From an uncultured bacterium (GTDB taxonomy: Bacteria; Zixibacteria; MSB-5A5; CAIYYT01), in assembly GCA_963726455.1 (NCBI GenBank), contig CAVSCK010000004.1, forward strand, positions 1,248,001 through 1,312,000: DNA of 64,000 nt, read 5' to 3'. Below the pieces are notes generated by a model. It was not told where the DNA came from and did not search any database. It was given only the letters and a program-made list of their open reading frames with translations. Shown piece after piece: positions 51,364-62,166 of the stretch (positions within the stretch are counted from its first letter, which is position 1; each line of letters starts with the position of its first letter). A program made the translations under genes and the position numbers.

Positions 51364-52137
51364 ATGAAAGCAAGGACAATCGTCATTACCGGCGCCAGCA
51401 GCGGTATCGGCGCGGCACTGGCACAATCACTGGGAAATCAGGGACACAGACTCGTACTGGCGGCAAGACGAGAAAAGGAATTACAGCAGGTAGCGCTGGC
51501 AGCAGGCAACGGGGCGATCGCCGTGGTCACTGATGTAACGCAACGTGCCGAAGTGGAGCGGCTGCGTGATAAGGCCATCGAGCAATGCGGCCACGTAGAT
51601 GTCTGGATCAACAATGCGGGCCGGGGAATCAGCCGCAAAGTAATGGATCTTACAGACGACGACGTTGACCAAATCCTTGCCGTCAACTTCAAGTCGGCGC
51701 TGTATGGTATGCAGGCCATCGTACCACATTTCCAACAGCGCGGCGAAGGGCACCTCATTAACGTATCGTCGTTTCTAGGCAGAGTCCCGTTGGTAGCATT
51801 CCGTTCGGCATACAGCGCGGCGAAGGCGGCGCTCAATGTGATTACCGCCAACCTGCGCATCGACCTGCGAGAACAGTTTCCCAACATTCACGTATCGCTC
51901 GTGATGCCGGGCGTAGTAACCACGGATTTCGGCAGGAACGCACTGGGCGGAAGTCCGGGAAGCATACCTACCGGATCGGCGGCAGGACACCAGACCGCCG
52001 AGGAAGTAGCCGCCGTGATCGCTTCCTTAATCGAGGAACCGAAGGCAGAGGTCTACACCAATCCGGCTCTGTCTCAGGATGCAGTCCGGTATTACACTGA
52101 CGTCGCCGCTTTCGAATCGAATTCCGTCAGGAGATGA
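51364..52137 (+). CDS. SDR oxidoreductase
   Basis: TGASSGIG, NNAG, YSAAK. Confidence 0.95.
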   Translation: MKARTIVITGASSGIGAALAQSLGNQGHRLVLAARREKELQQVALAAGNGAIAVVTDVTQRAEVERLRDKAIEQCGHVDVWINNAGRGISRKVMDLTDDDVDQILAVNFKSALYGMQAIVPHFQQRGEGHLINVSSFLGRVPLVAFRSAYSAAKAALNVITANLRIDLREQFPNIHVSLVMPGVVTTDFGRNALGGSPGSIPTGSAAGHQTAEEVAAVIASLIEEPKAEVYTNPALSQDAVRYYTDVAAFESNSVRR

Positions 52138-52176
52138 ACGTGGAGAGGCCGTCCCATGAGTAACACTAACGTTGTT

Positions 52177-52257
52177 GCGCCGGTTCCTGATTTCGCGCAG
52201 TATCTACGCAAACAATTGATTTCACTGGTCTCTCAGCGCGAAATTGTGAACCGGCGC
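52177..52257. repeat. Long imperfect hairpin repeat, copy B
   Basis: GCGCCGGTTC-CT-GATTTCGCGC ... GCGCGAAATT-GT-GAACCGGCGC. Confidence 0.75.
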
Positions 52258-52512
52258 CATCTCCAGACTGAATGTAAGAGACTCTTTGGACAACCTCTGG
52301 AAAGCTATTCAACTTCACCGCCTGGCTCACTTTCCTGATATGTTCTCTTTCAAAACGAGTGTTTCAAGGTGTCAACCTGCCCGTTCCCACCGGCCACCAT
52401 CGTCACTGCACCGCTCAGTTAATAGTGTCGCAGCAGCCATAGCTTCGGTTTAATAAGATTGATGTGGTCAGGTTTCATACAGCCGTAACATCTCTTTTTT
52501 AGTCCTTGTCAA

Positions 52513-52539
52513 TTAACCACTCTGAATCGGCTCCGATAA
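52513..52539 (+). promoter_or_regulatory. Sigma28-like promoter for the MCP
   Basis: TTAA-N15-TCCGATAA versus the FliA consensus TAAA-N15-GCCGATAA. Confidence 0.5.
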
Positions 52540-52601
52540 ATCTCGAAGAGGCACGAAATCACAATCACATGCCGGATGCGGCTATCTCGGAGGGTATTGC
52601 G

Positions 52602-54314
52602 ATGCAGCTATCTGTAAAGGGCAAAGTCATTGTTCTCATGTGCTCGATTCTGGTTGTCATCTTTGGGGCGCTCGCTCTCGTTAATAGCTACCTGCAGTCG
52701 AACTCAATGACTGAGCTGTATGGTACGAATGCGACGGCGTTGAATTGGACCTTGTCGCATCAGGTAGAAGAATTCATGGTCAACGGTGATAACGAGAAGC
52801 TGCAACCGCTCACCGAAGAGCTGGTAGCCAAGGGTCTGGTAAAGGAGTTGACGATTATCGACGCCGAGAAGAAGATAGCGCGATCATCCCGCAAAGAACT
52901 GTTGAATACAACCGCCTCCGATCCGGAATGGCGATCGCTATTTGCCACCCAAAAAGACAGCATCGACTCCCGCACTGTGGACGGCGAACCGGTGATGGTC
53001 AGCTTCAAGGTCATCGAGCGAAAAGAGGTCTGCGAACAGTGCCACGACAAGGCAGGGTCGCCGGTGCTCGGAGGACTGAAGATCGTTTCATCGGAAGCGG
53101 CGATGGCGAATGCCATTCACAAGGGATTTCTGGCGAGCATAATCATGTCTGTCCTGGGAGCGCTGGCGTTGGTCGGGGTCATGACCTGGACGCTCACCAG
53201 AAACGTATTTACGCCACTGCGTAGCGTCAAGGCCAAGCTGGAACGAGCCACCGAGGGAGATATCGATCAGCAATTGAAGATTCGTTCACAGGACGAAATC
53301 GGAAGTTTTCTGAAGGTAACGCAGAAGCTGATCGATTACATCAAGGGATTTGCCGGCGCCTCAACCGAAATAGCCGACGGCAATCTTCAGGTTACGGTGG
53401 AGCCACGATCGAGCCAGGATCAACTCGGACACGCGTATCGAAAGATGATTTCCAACCTCGAAGGCATCGTCGGACAATTAAGCGCGATTGCCGAACGGCT
53501 GGTGTCGGCCTCGCACAGAATATCCAACACGTCGGAAAAGCTGAATTCCAGTGCCCAGGTACAGGTCGACAGCGTCCAACAGGTTTCGAGCGCCGTCGAA
53601 GAAATGGCGGCGACCTCGATTGAGACCACGCACAACACTTCTCATGCAACTGAGCTTTCGCAGACGGCATCACAGACGGCAGTCCAGGGAGCGGCGATTG
53701 TCGAAGAGGCAATATCCGGAATGCACCGGATCGCCGCGCAAGTTGAAGAATCAGCGCAGTCAATGTCGCAGCTTTCGTCGTCCGCCAGCCAGATTACCGA
53801 TATCGTCGAAGTCATAAGCGATATAGCCGACCAAACGAATCTGCTGGCTCTCAATGCCGCCATCGAGGCAGCTCGTGCCGGCGAGCAAGGGCGTGGTTTT
53901 GCAGTCGTGGCCGACGAGGTCAGAAAGCTGGCCGAGAAGACGGTGCGGGCGACGGCGCAAATCGGCGAAATGGTCAAACAGATTCAGCAACAAACCGGTG
54001 CGGCCTCGACTTCCATGGAAAGTTGCGTAGTGCTAGTACAAACCGGAACCTCCGCGGCAGACAAAGCCGGACGCAGTTTGAAAGAGATAGTCGCCCTGGT
54101 CGAACAGGTATCGCGCATGATTCAGCAAATTGCCAGGGCATCATCGGAACAATCGACCACTGCCGAAGACATCACCAAGAACATCGCCCAGTTTTCGGCG
54201 TTGACACACGATACCGCCAACAGCGCCCAGGAATCCCAGGAGGCCTCCGATCAATTAAAAGAGCAGGCCGAAGGATTGCTCGGAATTGTCAGGAGATTCA
54301 AGGTCAAGCAGTAG
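52602..54314 (+). CDS. Methyl-accepting chemotaxis protein with periplasmic c-type heme
   Basis: 2 TM, CEQCH, HAMPs, [34 protein letters not shown]. Confidence 0.95.
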   Translation: MQLSVKGKVIVLMCSILVVIFGALALVNSYLQSNSMTELYGTNATALNWTLSHQVEEFMVNGDNEKLQPLTEELVAKGLVKELTIIDAEKKIARSSRKELLNTTASDPEWRSLFATQKDSIDSRTVDGEPVMVSFKVIERKEVCEQCHDKAGSPVLGGLKIVSSEAAMANAIHKGFLASIIMSVLGALALVGVMTWTLTRNVFTPLRSVKAKLERATEGDIDQQLKIRSQDEIGSFLKVTQKLIDYIKGFAGASTEIADGNLQVTVEPRSSQDQLGHAYRKMISNLEGIVGQLSAIAERLVSASHRISNTSEKLNSSAQVQVDSVQQVSSAVEEMAATSIETTHNTSHATELSQTASQTAVQGAAIVEEAISGMHRIAAQVEESAQSMSQLSSSASQITDIVEVISDIADQTNLLALNAAIEAARAGEQGRGFAVVADEVRKLAEKTVRATAQIGEMVKQIQQQTGAASTSMESCVVLVQTGTSAADKAGRSLKEIVALVEQVSRMIQQIARASSEQSTTAEDITKNIAQFSALTHDTANSAQESQEASDQLKEQAEGLLGIVRRFKVKQ

Positions 54315-54368
54315 TCATTGACTTGTGCCCTTGTGGTCCGAATTGGCTCTGTCACGAAACGAATGGAT

Positions 54369-54402
54369 GGCGCGCCGGATGATCCCGGCGCGCCTTCATT
54401 TT
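54369..54402 (+). terminator. Terminator after the MCP
   Basis: GGCGCGCCGG-atgatc-CCGGCGCGCC-TTCATTTT. Confidence 0.6.
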
Positions 54403-54651
54403 GCCAACATCGCGTGGCGTGGTGCTCTGGCGAGTTGCACGTCAGCGTTCACACATCACTAAACACGTCGCCAATCCTCCGCAATTCCATTCCGATTTGC
54501 TCTTGCCCGCCATTCGAAGAATTTGTATAATTGGGCGGAGACTTTGGGCGCGTGGCTCCGAGTCATAGTTTGTGGCGGCTTCATGTCAATTGGCCGATAT
54601 ATTCGCGACCTGTTATTGAGCTGCAATTCCCCACAATCTCCAGGCGTATAG

Positions 54652-56448
54652 ATGCACGCTACAACACTGATAATCATCGCTCTACTGGTTTTCGCACTGG
54701 CGTACAGGTTTTACGCCAAGTTCATAATTACTAAAGCCCTCGTTTTCGACAAATCAGTCCCGACCCCGGCCCACACGTTGCGCGATGGCAAGGACTACCA
54801 CCCCACCAACAGATATGTACTCTTTGGACACCACTTTGCGGCGATTTCCGGAGCCGGCCCGCTGGTCGGCCCGGTACTTGCCGCTCAGTTCGGATACTTG
54901 CCGGGCTACTTGTGGATTCTGATCGGCGCCGTTCTGGGCGGAGCCGTGCACGATATGGTCATCCTGTTTGCGTCAGTCAAGATGCAGGGACGATCATTGA
55001 CGCACCTGGCGCGGGAACATGTCAGCCCAGTCGCCGGCGTCGCCACCGCGCTGGCTATTCTGTTTATCATCATCACCGCCCTGGCCGGTCTGGCGCTGGT
55101 CGTCGTAAACGCCCTCAATGAAAGCGCGTGGGCGACGTTCACAATTGCGGTAACGGTACCGGCCGCCTTGATGGTCGGATTGTACATGTACAAAATCCGG
55201 CCGGGCAAGTTGATTGAGGCCTCTCTCGTTGGCGTGGTGATTGTCGTACTGGGTGTCGTATTCGGAGAGCCGTTGTCGCGAACAGCTTTCGGTTCGGTGT
55301 TTCTGCTGTCGAAACCGGCGCTGTCGATCATACTTCCCCTCTACGGCCTGATCGCTTCGACGCTTCCCGTTTGGCTACTGCTCTGCCCCAGAGATTATCT
55401 CAGTTCGTACATGAAAATCGGCACCATCGTGCTGCTGGCGGCGGGAATCTTTATCGTCAATCCACTCATTCACATGCCCGCGGTCACTCAATTTATCCAT
55501 GGTGGTGGACCGATTATTCCCGGCAAGGTGTGGCCTTTCGTCTGCATCACTATTGCCTGTGGCGCCATCAGCGGCTTTCATGCTCTGATCAGCTCCGGCA
55601 CCACTCCCAAGATGATCAACAGCGAAGCCGACATCCGATTCATTAGCTTCGGGGCGATGTTGGCAGAGGCCGTTGTTTCCATCATGGCGTTGATCGCCGC
55701 CACGACAATGCTTCCCGGCGATTATTTTGCTATCAACCTTACGCCTGAGGCCTTCAGCAAACTCGGGATGCAGACGGGGCAGCTTCAGGAAATCGAACGC
55801 ATGACCGGCGAAACCTTGGTTGGTCGTACCGGCGGCGCCGTGTCGCTGGCAGCGGGAATGTCCGTGATCCTTTCCGGCATTCAAGGCATGAAGCACCTGA
55901 TGGGCTACTGGTATCACTTCGCCATCATGTTTGAAGCGCTGTTTATCCTGACTACCGTCGATACCGGCACGCGCGTGGCGCGGTATATTATGCAGGAAAT
56001 CTTGAAGCCGATTCATCCCAAACTGGGGAGTTCCACTTGGCTGCCGGGGGTGATCCTAAGCGGCGGAATGATCAGTTTTCTGTGGGGCTGGCTGGTGTAC
56101 AACGGCGACATCTCCACTATCTGGCCTATGTTCGGTGTGGCGAACCAACTCCTTGCGACGCTCGCCTTGTCTATCGGAACGATTTACATACTCGAACGAT
56201 CGGGCAAGTGGTATTATGGCCTGATCACCTTTCTTCCATCGCTGTTTATGTTTGCCACGACATTTGTCGCCGGCATACAGAACATCACGGACAATTACCT
56301 GCCGAAGCAAACATTTCAGGGAAATCTCAATGCCGTACTGACGATCGTGATGCTGATTCTTGTCGTAATCATCTTCTTCGAATCTCTCAGAAAATGTTCG
56401 CAGTTCCTGTGGAGAATTCGCGCCGTGCCGGAAGGCATTGGCAAATAG
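54652..56448 (+). CDS. cstA: Carbon starvation protein CstA transporter
   Basis: FGHHFAAISGAGPLVGP; PRDYLS; IACGAISGFH; WPMFGVANQLLA. Confidence 0.95.
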   Translation: MHATTLIIIALLVFALAYRFYAKFIITKALVFDKSVPTPAHTLRDGKDYHPTNRYVLFGHHFAAISGAGPLVGPVLAAQFGYLPGYLWILIGAVLGGAVHDMVILFASVKMQGRSLTHLAREHVSPVAGVATALAILFIIITALAGLALVVVNALNESAWATFTIAVTVPAALMVGLYMYKIRPGKLIEASLVGVVIVVLGVVFGEPLSRTAFGSVFLLSKPALSIILPLYGLIASTLPVWLLLCPRDYLSSYMKIGTIVLLAAGIFIVNPLIHMPAVTQFIHGGGPIIPGKVWPFVCITIACGAISGFHALISSGTTPKMINSEADIRFISFGAMLAEAVVSIMALIAATTMLPGDYFAINLTPEAFSKLGMQTGQLQEIERMTGETLVGRTGGAVSLAAGMSVILSGIQGMKHLMGYWYHFAIMFEALFILTTVDTGTRVARYIMQEILKPIHPKLGSSTWLPGVILSGGMISFLWGWLVYNGDISTIWPMFGVANQLLATLALSIGTIYILERSGKWYYGLITFLPSLFMFATTFVAGIQNITDNYLPKQTFQGNLNAVLTIVMLILVVIIFFESLRKCSQFLWRIRAVPEGIGK

Positions 56449-56629
56449 ACTTGCCCCTGCTCGTCCCTGCCCAGCTTCATCTTCCCGTTCCTTGCCGTTG
56501 TTGACAATTGCTCCTTTAGTCTTCGCGGATTTATCACTTTCAATGTGGGACATTACGCGGAATCCGTTTGAGTTAGTCGGCAACGACGCACCGACTTCCC
56601 TTGTTGTCCGGCCAGACAAGCATCGCAAT

Positions 56630-56656
56630 TAAGAATGCCCTGAAACAGGCCGACAT
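56630..56656 (+). promoter_or_regulatory. Sigma28-like promoter candidate
   Basis: TAAG-N15-GCCGACAT upstream of the PAS kinase. Confidence 0.4.
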
Positions 56657-56739
56657 ACTATAAGGTAGGGGCGCTGACCTGCTTTACTAGCATGGTTAAA
56701 CTTCCGATTGCTTATTAACAGGCGAAAGGCCAGGAGCGG

Positions 56740-59700
56740 TTGAAAGACTTCAGGAGCATTCCCAGTTCTCAGGGCCGGCAGATTGCTGTTGCTATTGCTC
56801 TGGTCGCTATTTTTCTCGGCGAGCGAGCTTTGACCTCCTATCTGGGAAATGCCTTGAACGCGCCGTGGCTATGGTTTCTTGATGCTCTATTCTTGTGCGT
56901 ACTTATCGGGGTGCCGGCATACTTGGTTTTCGTTCGCCCGCTTCGTCGCAAGCTCCAGGACCACGAATTCACGCTACACGAACTGCGGGAAAACGGGCAG
57001 CGATTTTCCAACCTGATCAACAATTTCCGGGACATATTCTGGTCGCGCGATAGTGAGGGCTTGGTGACATTCCTGAGCCCGACTGTCGAGGCCGTACTCG
57101 GCTACCCGGCGGAATTATTCCATCGCTCAGACATTCCGGCATGGATTTCGAAGATTCACGTCGAGGATCGCGACCTGGTCCAGAACGCTTATGTTGGCTT
57201 GATGCAAACGGGACAATCATACGACCTCGAATATCGGTTTCAGAGCGAGACCGGCGAGTGGGTATGGCTGCACGACCGTGGCTGGCGGACGCATGACGAA
57301 AAGGGCCATGCCAGATTCGAAGGCGCCATTTCAGACATTTCGCGGCTAAAGCACAACGAGTTGAAGCTGGCAGAACAATCGCAACTGGTTGATGCAATTT
57401 TCGAGAATAGTCAGTCGTGCAACGTTATTCTGGATCGAGACTTCAATTTCATCCGTGTGAATGCAGCGTATGCCAGTGCTGACAACAGAAAGCCGGAGGA
57501 CTTCCCGGGGCGCAATCATTTCGAGTTCTATCCGTCCGAAGCCAGGGAGATTTTCGAGCAGGTTGTCAGGTCAAAGCAGCCGGTTGAAGTAACAGCCCGA
57601 CCTTTCAGATACGCCGACCACCCCGAACGCGGCGTTACCTATTGGGATTGGAAGCTATTGCCTATGCTCGACTCTCAAGGCGATGTCGACAAATTGGTCT
57701 TCACGCTCAGCAACGTGACCGAACGTTATCGGGCTGAGGAACAACTCCGGCGCGTCAACGCCTACCATCGCAGCTTGATAGAGGCCAGCGTTGACCCGTT
57801 CCTTACCATCGACTTGGACGGTAAAGTCACCGACGTCAATTGTGCAGCCGAGGTGGTGACGGGCTATGGCCGGGACAAGTTGATAGGCACCGATTGCTGG
57901 GTTTACGTCACGGAACCGGAAAAGGCCAAAGAAGGTTATCTGCGCACCTTCCGCGAGGGAAAGTTGCACGAATTCCCGTTGGAAATTCGCCATCGCGATG
58001 GCCACACCACACCCGTACTGTTCAATGCCGCAGTATACAGGGATCACGAAGGCAAAGTCGCAGGCATCTTTGCCGTCGCGAGAGACATTACCGAACTAAA
58101 GCAGGTGGGTGAACTGCACGCTCGTTTAGCAGCCATAGTAGAGTTTTCCGACGAGGCCATTGCCGGAGGCGAACTCGATGGAACCATCACCAGTTGGAAT
58201 AGGGGCGCCGAAAAGATATACGGTTATTCACCCGATGAAATCCTTCACCGATCGGCACTGATTCTAATTCCCAATGGCGTCCGCGAGGAATTTCGCACCG
58301 CCATCGAAAAAGTTCGGAAGGGCGAATCGGTATTTCTGACCGATACCAAGCGGCTCAGGAAGGACGGAAGCACTGTCAGCGTGTCGGTCGTCTTGTCTCC
58401 GATCCGGGACGCAGAACGGAACCGTCACGGGAATCTCGACGATCGGTCGTGACATTACCGCACAGAAGCTGGCCGAAGAGACCATTCGCTCCGCCGGCGC
58501 CTACAACCGCAGCTTGATTGACGCAAGCTTGGATCCATTTGCTACTATTAGCCCTCAGGGTAAGATCACCGACGTGAACAAGGCCACCGAGGAGATCGTC
58601 GGCTACTCACGTGAGGAACTCATTGGAACGGATTTCACCGACTACTTCGTACAACCCGAAAAGGCACAGAAGGGATATCAGCAAGTTCTCTATACTGGAT
58701 TTGTTCGCGATTATCCGCTCGAGATCAGGCACCGTGACGGCCACGTGACTCCGGTGCTCTATAATGCCAGTGTCTATAAGGATCAATCCGGACGGATTAT
58801 CGGCGTTTTTGCCGCAGCCCGGGACGTCACGGAGCGCAGAAACTTCGAAAAGGAGCTCTTGGAAAGCGAAGAACGCTATCGATCCTTGTTTGAATGCTCT
58901 CCCGATGCCATCTTCCTGGCAGATCCCGAAACGGGCAGAATTCTCGACGTGAATCCGGCGGCCTGCCAGCTTCTGGCCAGACCGCGGCGGGAAATCATCG
59001 GAATGCATCAGACTCAGTTGCACCCGACCAACTTGGGCTCACAGTGTCGTCAACACTTTGCCAAGCAAGTCCGAGATTCGGCTGCCTCGGGGAACGCGCA
59101 CTCCCTCGACTCAGTGGTCGTGCGGCCGGACGGCACGGAAATTCCGACTGAGATCAGATCGCAATTGATCACTCTAAACGGACGGAAAGTATTTCAGGGC
59201 GTATTTCGGGATATTACCGAACGGAAATTGGCCGAGGCAATTGTCAAAGAGAGCGAGGAGAAGTTCCGGTTGCTGGCGGAAAATGGATCGGATACGGTCT
59301 GGACTATGAAGATGGACGGTACTTTCACATATATTAGTCCCGCGGTGGCGAGACTTCGCGGATACACATCGGAAGAAGCGGTCCGCATTCCGCTCGATCA
59401 GACGATGACCCCGGCGACTCTTGAACATGTCAGGAAATTATTCGCCGAGGAAGAAAAGAAGCCCGAGTCAGAGCGTTGGAGCGACCGGATACTCGAACTC
59501 GAACAAATTCGCAAGGACGGGTCTGCCGTTTGGACGGAAGTCTCGATTCGCGCCATCCGCAATGCCGACGGCAATGTCATCGGCCTCCAGGGAAGTACAC
59601 GCGACATATCCATACGCAAGCAAGCTCTCGATGCCTTACGAAAGAGTGAGGAGCGTTATCGTGCCGTGGTCGAGGATCAGACTGAAGTCATCTGCCGATT

Positions 59701-61963
59701 CAAAGCTGACGGTACGTTTACGTTTGTAAACGACCTCTATTGCCGCTTCTTTGGAAAATCCCGCGATGAATTGTTGGGCACCAGTTGGCAGCCAGTAGTT
59801 GTTCCAGAGCACCTTCCGGAAGTTGAAAGGAAACTCGCCGAATTGTCGGTGACCAACCCGGTGGCAGTAGTCGAAAACTGCGTCAATTCCGGAGATGGCC
59901 GGATTCACTGGATGCAGTTCGTCAATCGGGGATTCTTTGATGAACAGGGACAATTGATCGAGATTCAGTCCGTTGGCCGTGATATCACCGAGCGCAAACG
60001 GGCGGAAGAGGCGTTACAGGATAGCGAAAGACGTTACCGTCTGTTGTATGAAACCATGAGAGACGCCTTCGTGCATACCGACATGGACGGCCGTATACTT
60101 GACTCCAACACTGCGTATCAAACCATGCTCGGATATACTCCTGACGAATTGGCGACGATGAGATACGTCGACCTAACGCCGTCGCGGTGGCACGAGATCG
60201 AAGACGGGATCGTCAAACAGCAAATCATCCCTCGCGGTTACTCCGACGTCTACGAAAAAGAGTACCGGCGCAAAGATGGCACGGTCTATCCGGTGGAGTT
60301 GCGCACGTTCCTCCTTCATGACACATCGGGACAGCCATGTGGAATGTGGGCGATTGTCCGTGACGTCACTTCTCGCAAACTCATGGAAGAAGAACTGCGG
60401 GCGACATCAATTTATGCGCGCAGTCTTATTGAAGCCAGTCTTGACCCTTTGGTTACGATAAGCATCGAAGGTAAGATCACGGACGTCAATCAGGCCACGG
60501 AACTGGTGACGGGAGTTCCGCGCACGGAGTTAATTGGCAGCGATTTTTCAGACTACTGCACCGAGCCGGAGTTGGCGCGACAAGGTTACCAACAAGTGAT
60601 CTCTCAGGGCTTCCTGATGGATTACGCGTTGACAATCCGCCATCGATCGGGAAGCACAACTGATGTGCTCTACAATGCCACCGTACACCGTGATGAGCTG
60701 GGGCAGGTGCTGGGAGTATTCGCCTCAGCCAGAGACATAACGGAACGGAAACGCGCCGAACGGGATCGTGAGGAATTAGCCAGCCAACTGGCGCAAGCAC
60801 AGAAGATGGAATCGATTGGTCGATTGGCCGGCGGAGTGGCGCATGATTTCAACAATATTCTGACCGCTATCCTCGGGCATGCTGAACTGGCGCTCGTTGA
60901 CATGGCGTCCGATAACCCGATCCGCGAGGAAATCGAAAACATTCACGATAGTGCCGAGCGGGCGGCCACCCTCACACAGCAACTTCTGGCATTTGCGCGC
61001 CGACAGGTGATTCAGCCAAAGTTGCTGAATGTGAACGAGCTGTTGGGAAATCTCACCAAGATGCTGAAGCGGATGATTGGCGAGGATATTGAACTCATCA
61101 CTCGCACAGGTTCCGATGTGGGCGGGATTATCGCCGATACCAGCCAATTCGAGCAGGTCCTGCTTAATCTGGCTGTCAACGCGAGAGACGCCATGCCGGA
61201 AGGCGGAACTCTCACGATTGCTACCGACAACTTGACCGTGAGCGAACCTACGCCGGAACAGCACGACTCGCTGCCTCCCGGTGAGTTCGTCATCGTTAGC
61301 ATCAGCGATACCGGAATGGGCATTCCCGAAGAAATTCGGCAACATCTATTCGAACCATTCTTCACTACAAAAGAACTGGGAAAGGGTACCGGACTGGGGC
61401 TCGCGGTTGTATTGGGCATAGTTCAAAGCCACAAAGGATATGTCAGGGTGGAGAGCTCTGTCGGTCAAGGTGCCTGTTTCCGGCTCTATTTCCCACGGGT
61501 TTCGGGAGCTGAGGGCAAATCGGCCGAGACGAACGCCGACTGCAGCTACAGCACCGGTAGCGAAACAATTCTCGTGGTCGAGGATGACAATACGGTACGT
61601 ACTCTGATTTGCTCTACCCTGCAGCGCGCCGGCTACACGGTGTTATCCGCCGGCAGCCCCGACGAGTGCTTTGGGCTGATTTCGGAAAGAGGCAAGGACG
61701 TCAATCTCCTGGTTACTGACATAATCATGCCATCGCTGAACGGCCGACAGCTTTACGACAAACTTGCCGCCAACTTCCCGGGGCTAAGAGTGTTGTTCAT
61801 CTCCGGGTATTCGGGCGAGGCGGTCAGCAATCACGGCATTCTCGATGGCAACCTCCAGTTTCTACAAAAGCCATTTTCGATTTCGGGACTCTTGAGAAAA
61901 GTTCGTGAGGTGCTCGACAGCCCGTTCAGCCCCGCGGACTCGCAGTCGAGCATGAGTCAATAA
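56740..61963 (+). CDS. Hybrid histidine kinase: 2 TM, about 10 PAS, HisKA, HATPase, REC (frameshift near 58417)
   Basis: Repeated RDIT PAC motifs; GGVAHDFNN; NARDAM; GTGLGL; receiver TDIIMP. Confidence 0.9.
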
Positions 61964-62166
61964 CCCAAAAGATTTCCAACACATTCCTACTGACAGTAGC
62001 CACACAAAACCCCGTCGTGAATCGTTTGGGTATGTGCCTCTGCCGATCGGGCGTTTTGGCCGGTGCTGGATTTTCGTTTTGAATTTTGATTACACGTAGA
62101 TGAATAGTCTTGGCCGTGATGAGCGCAGCATGTCGCCTGATCAGCGGGCGCCAGTCATTAGAGTCA

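Noticed and set aside
44-58420. Frameshifts in about 8 genes (near 44, 7630, 10100, 22880, 38110, 43110, 47545, 58417) as programmed frameshifting or pseudogenisation
   Set aside because: They are isolated indels scattered over unrelated, otherwise intact genes, with no shared slippery motif or nonsense decay. Sequencing or assembly error is the simplest explanation; raw reads would settle it.
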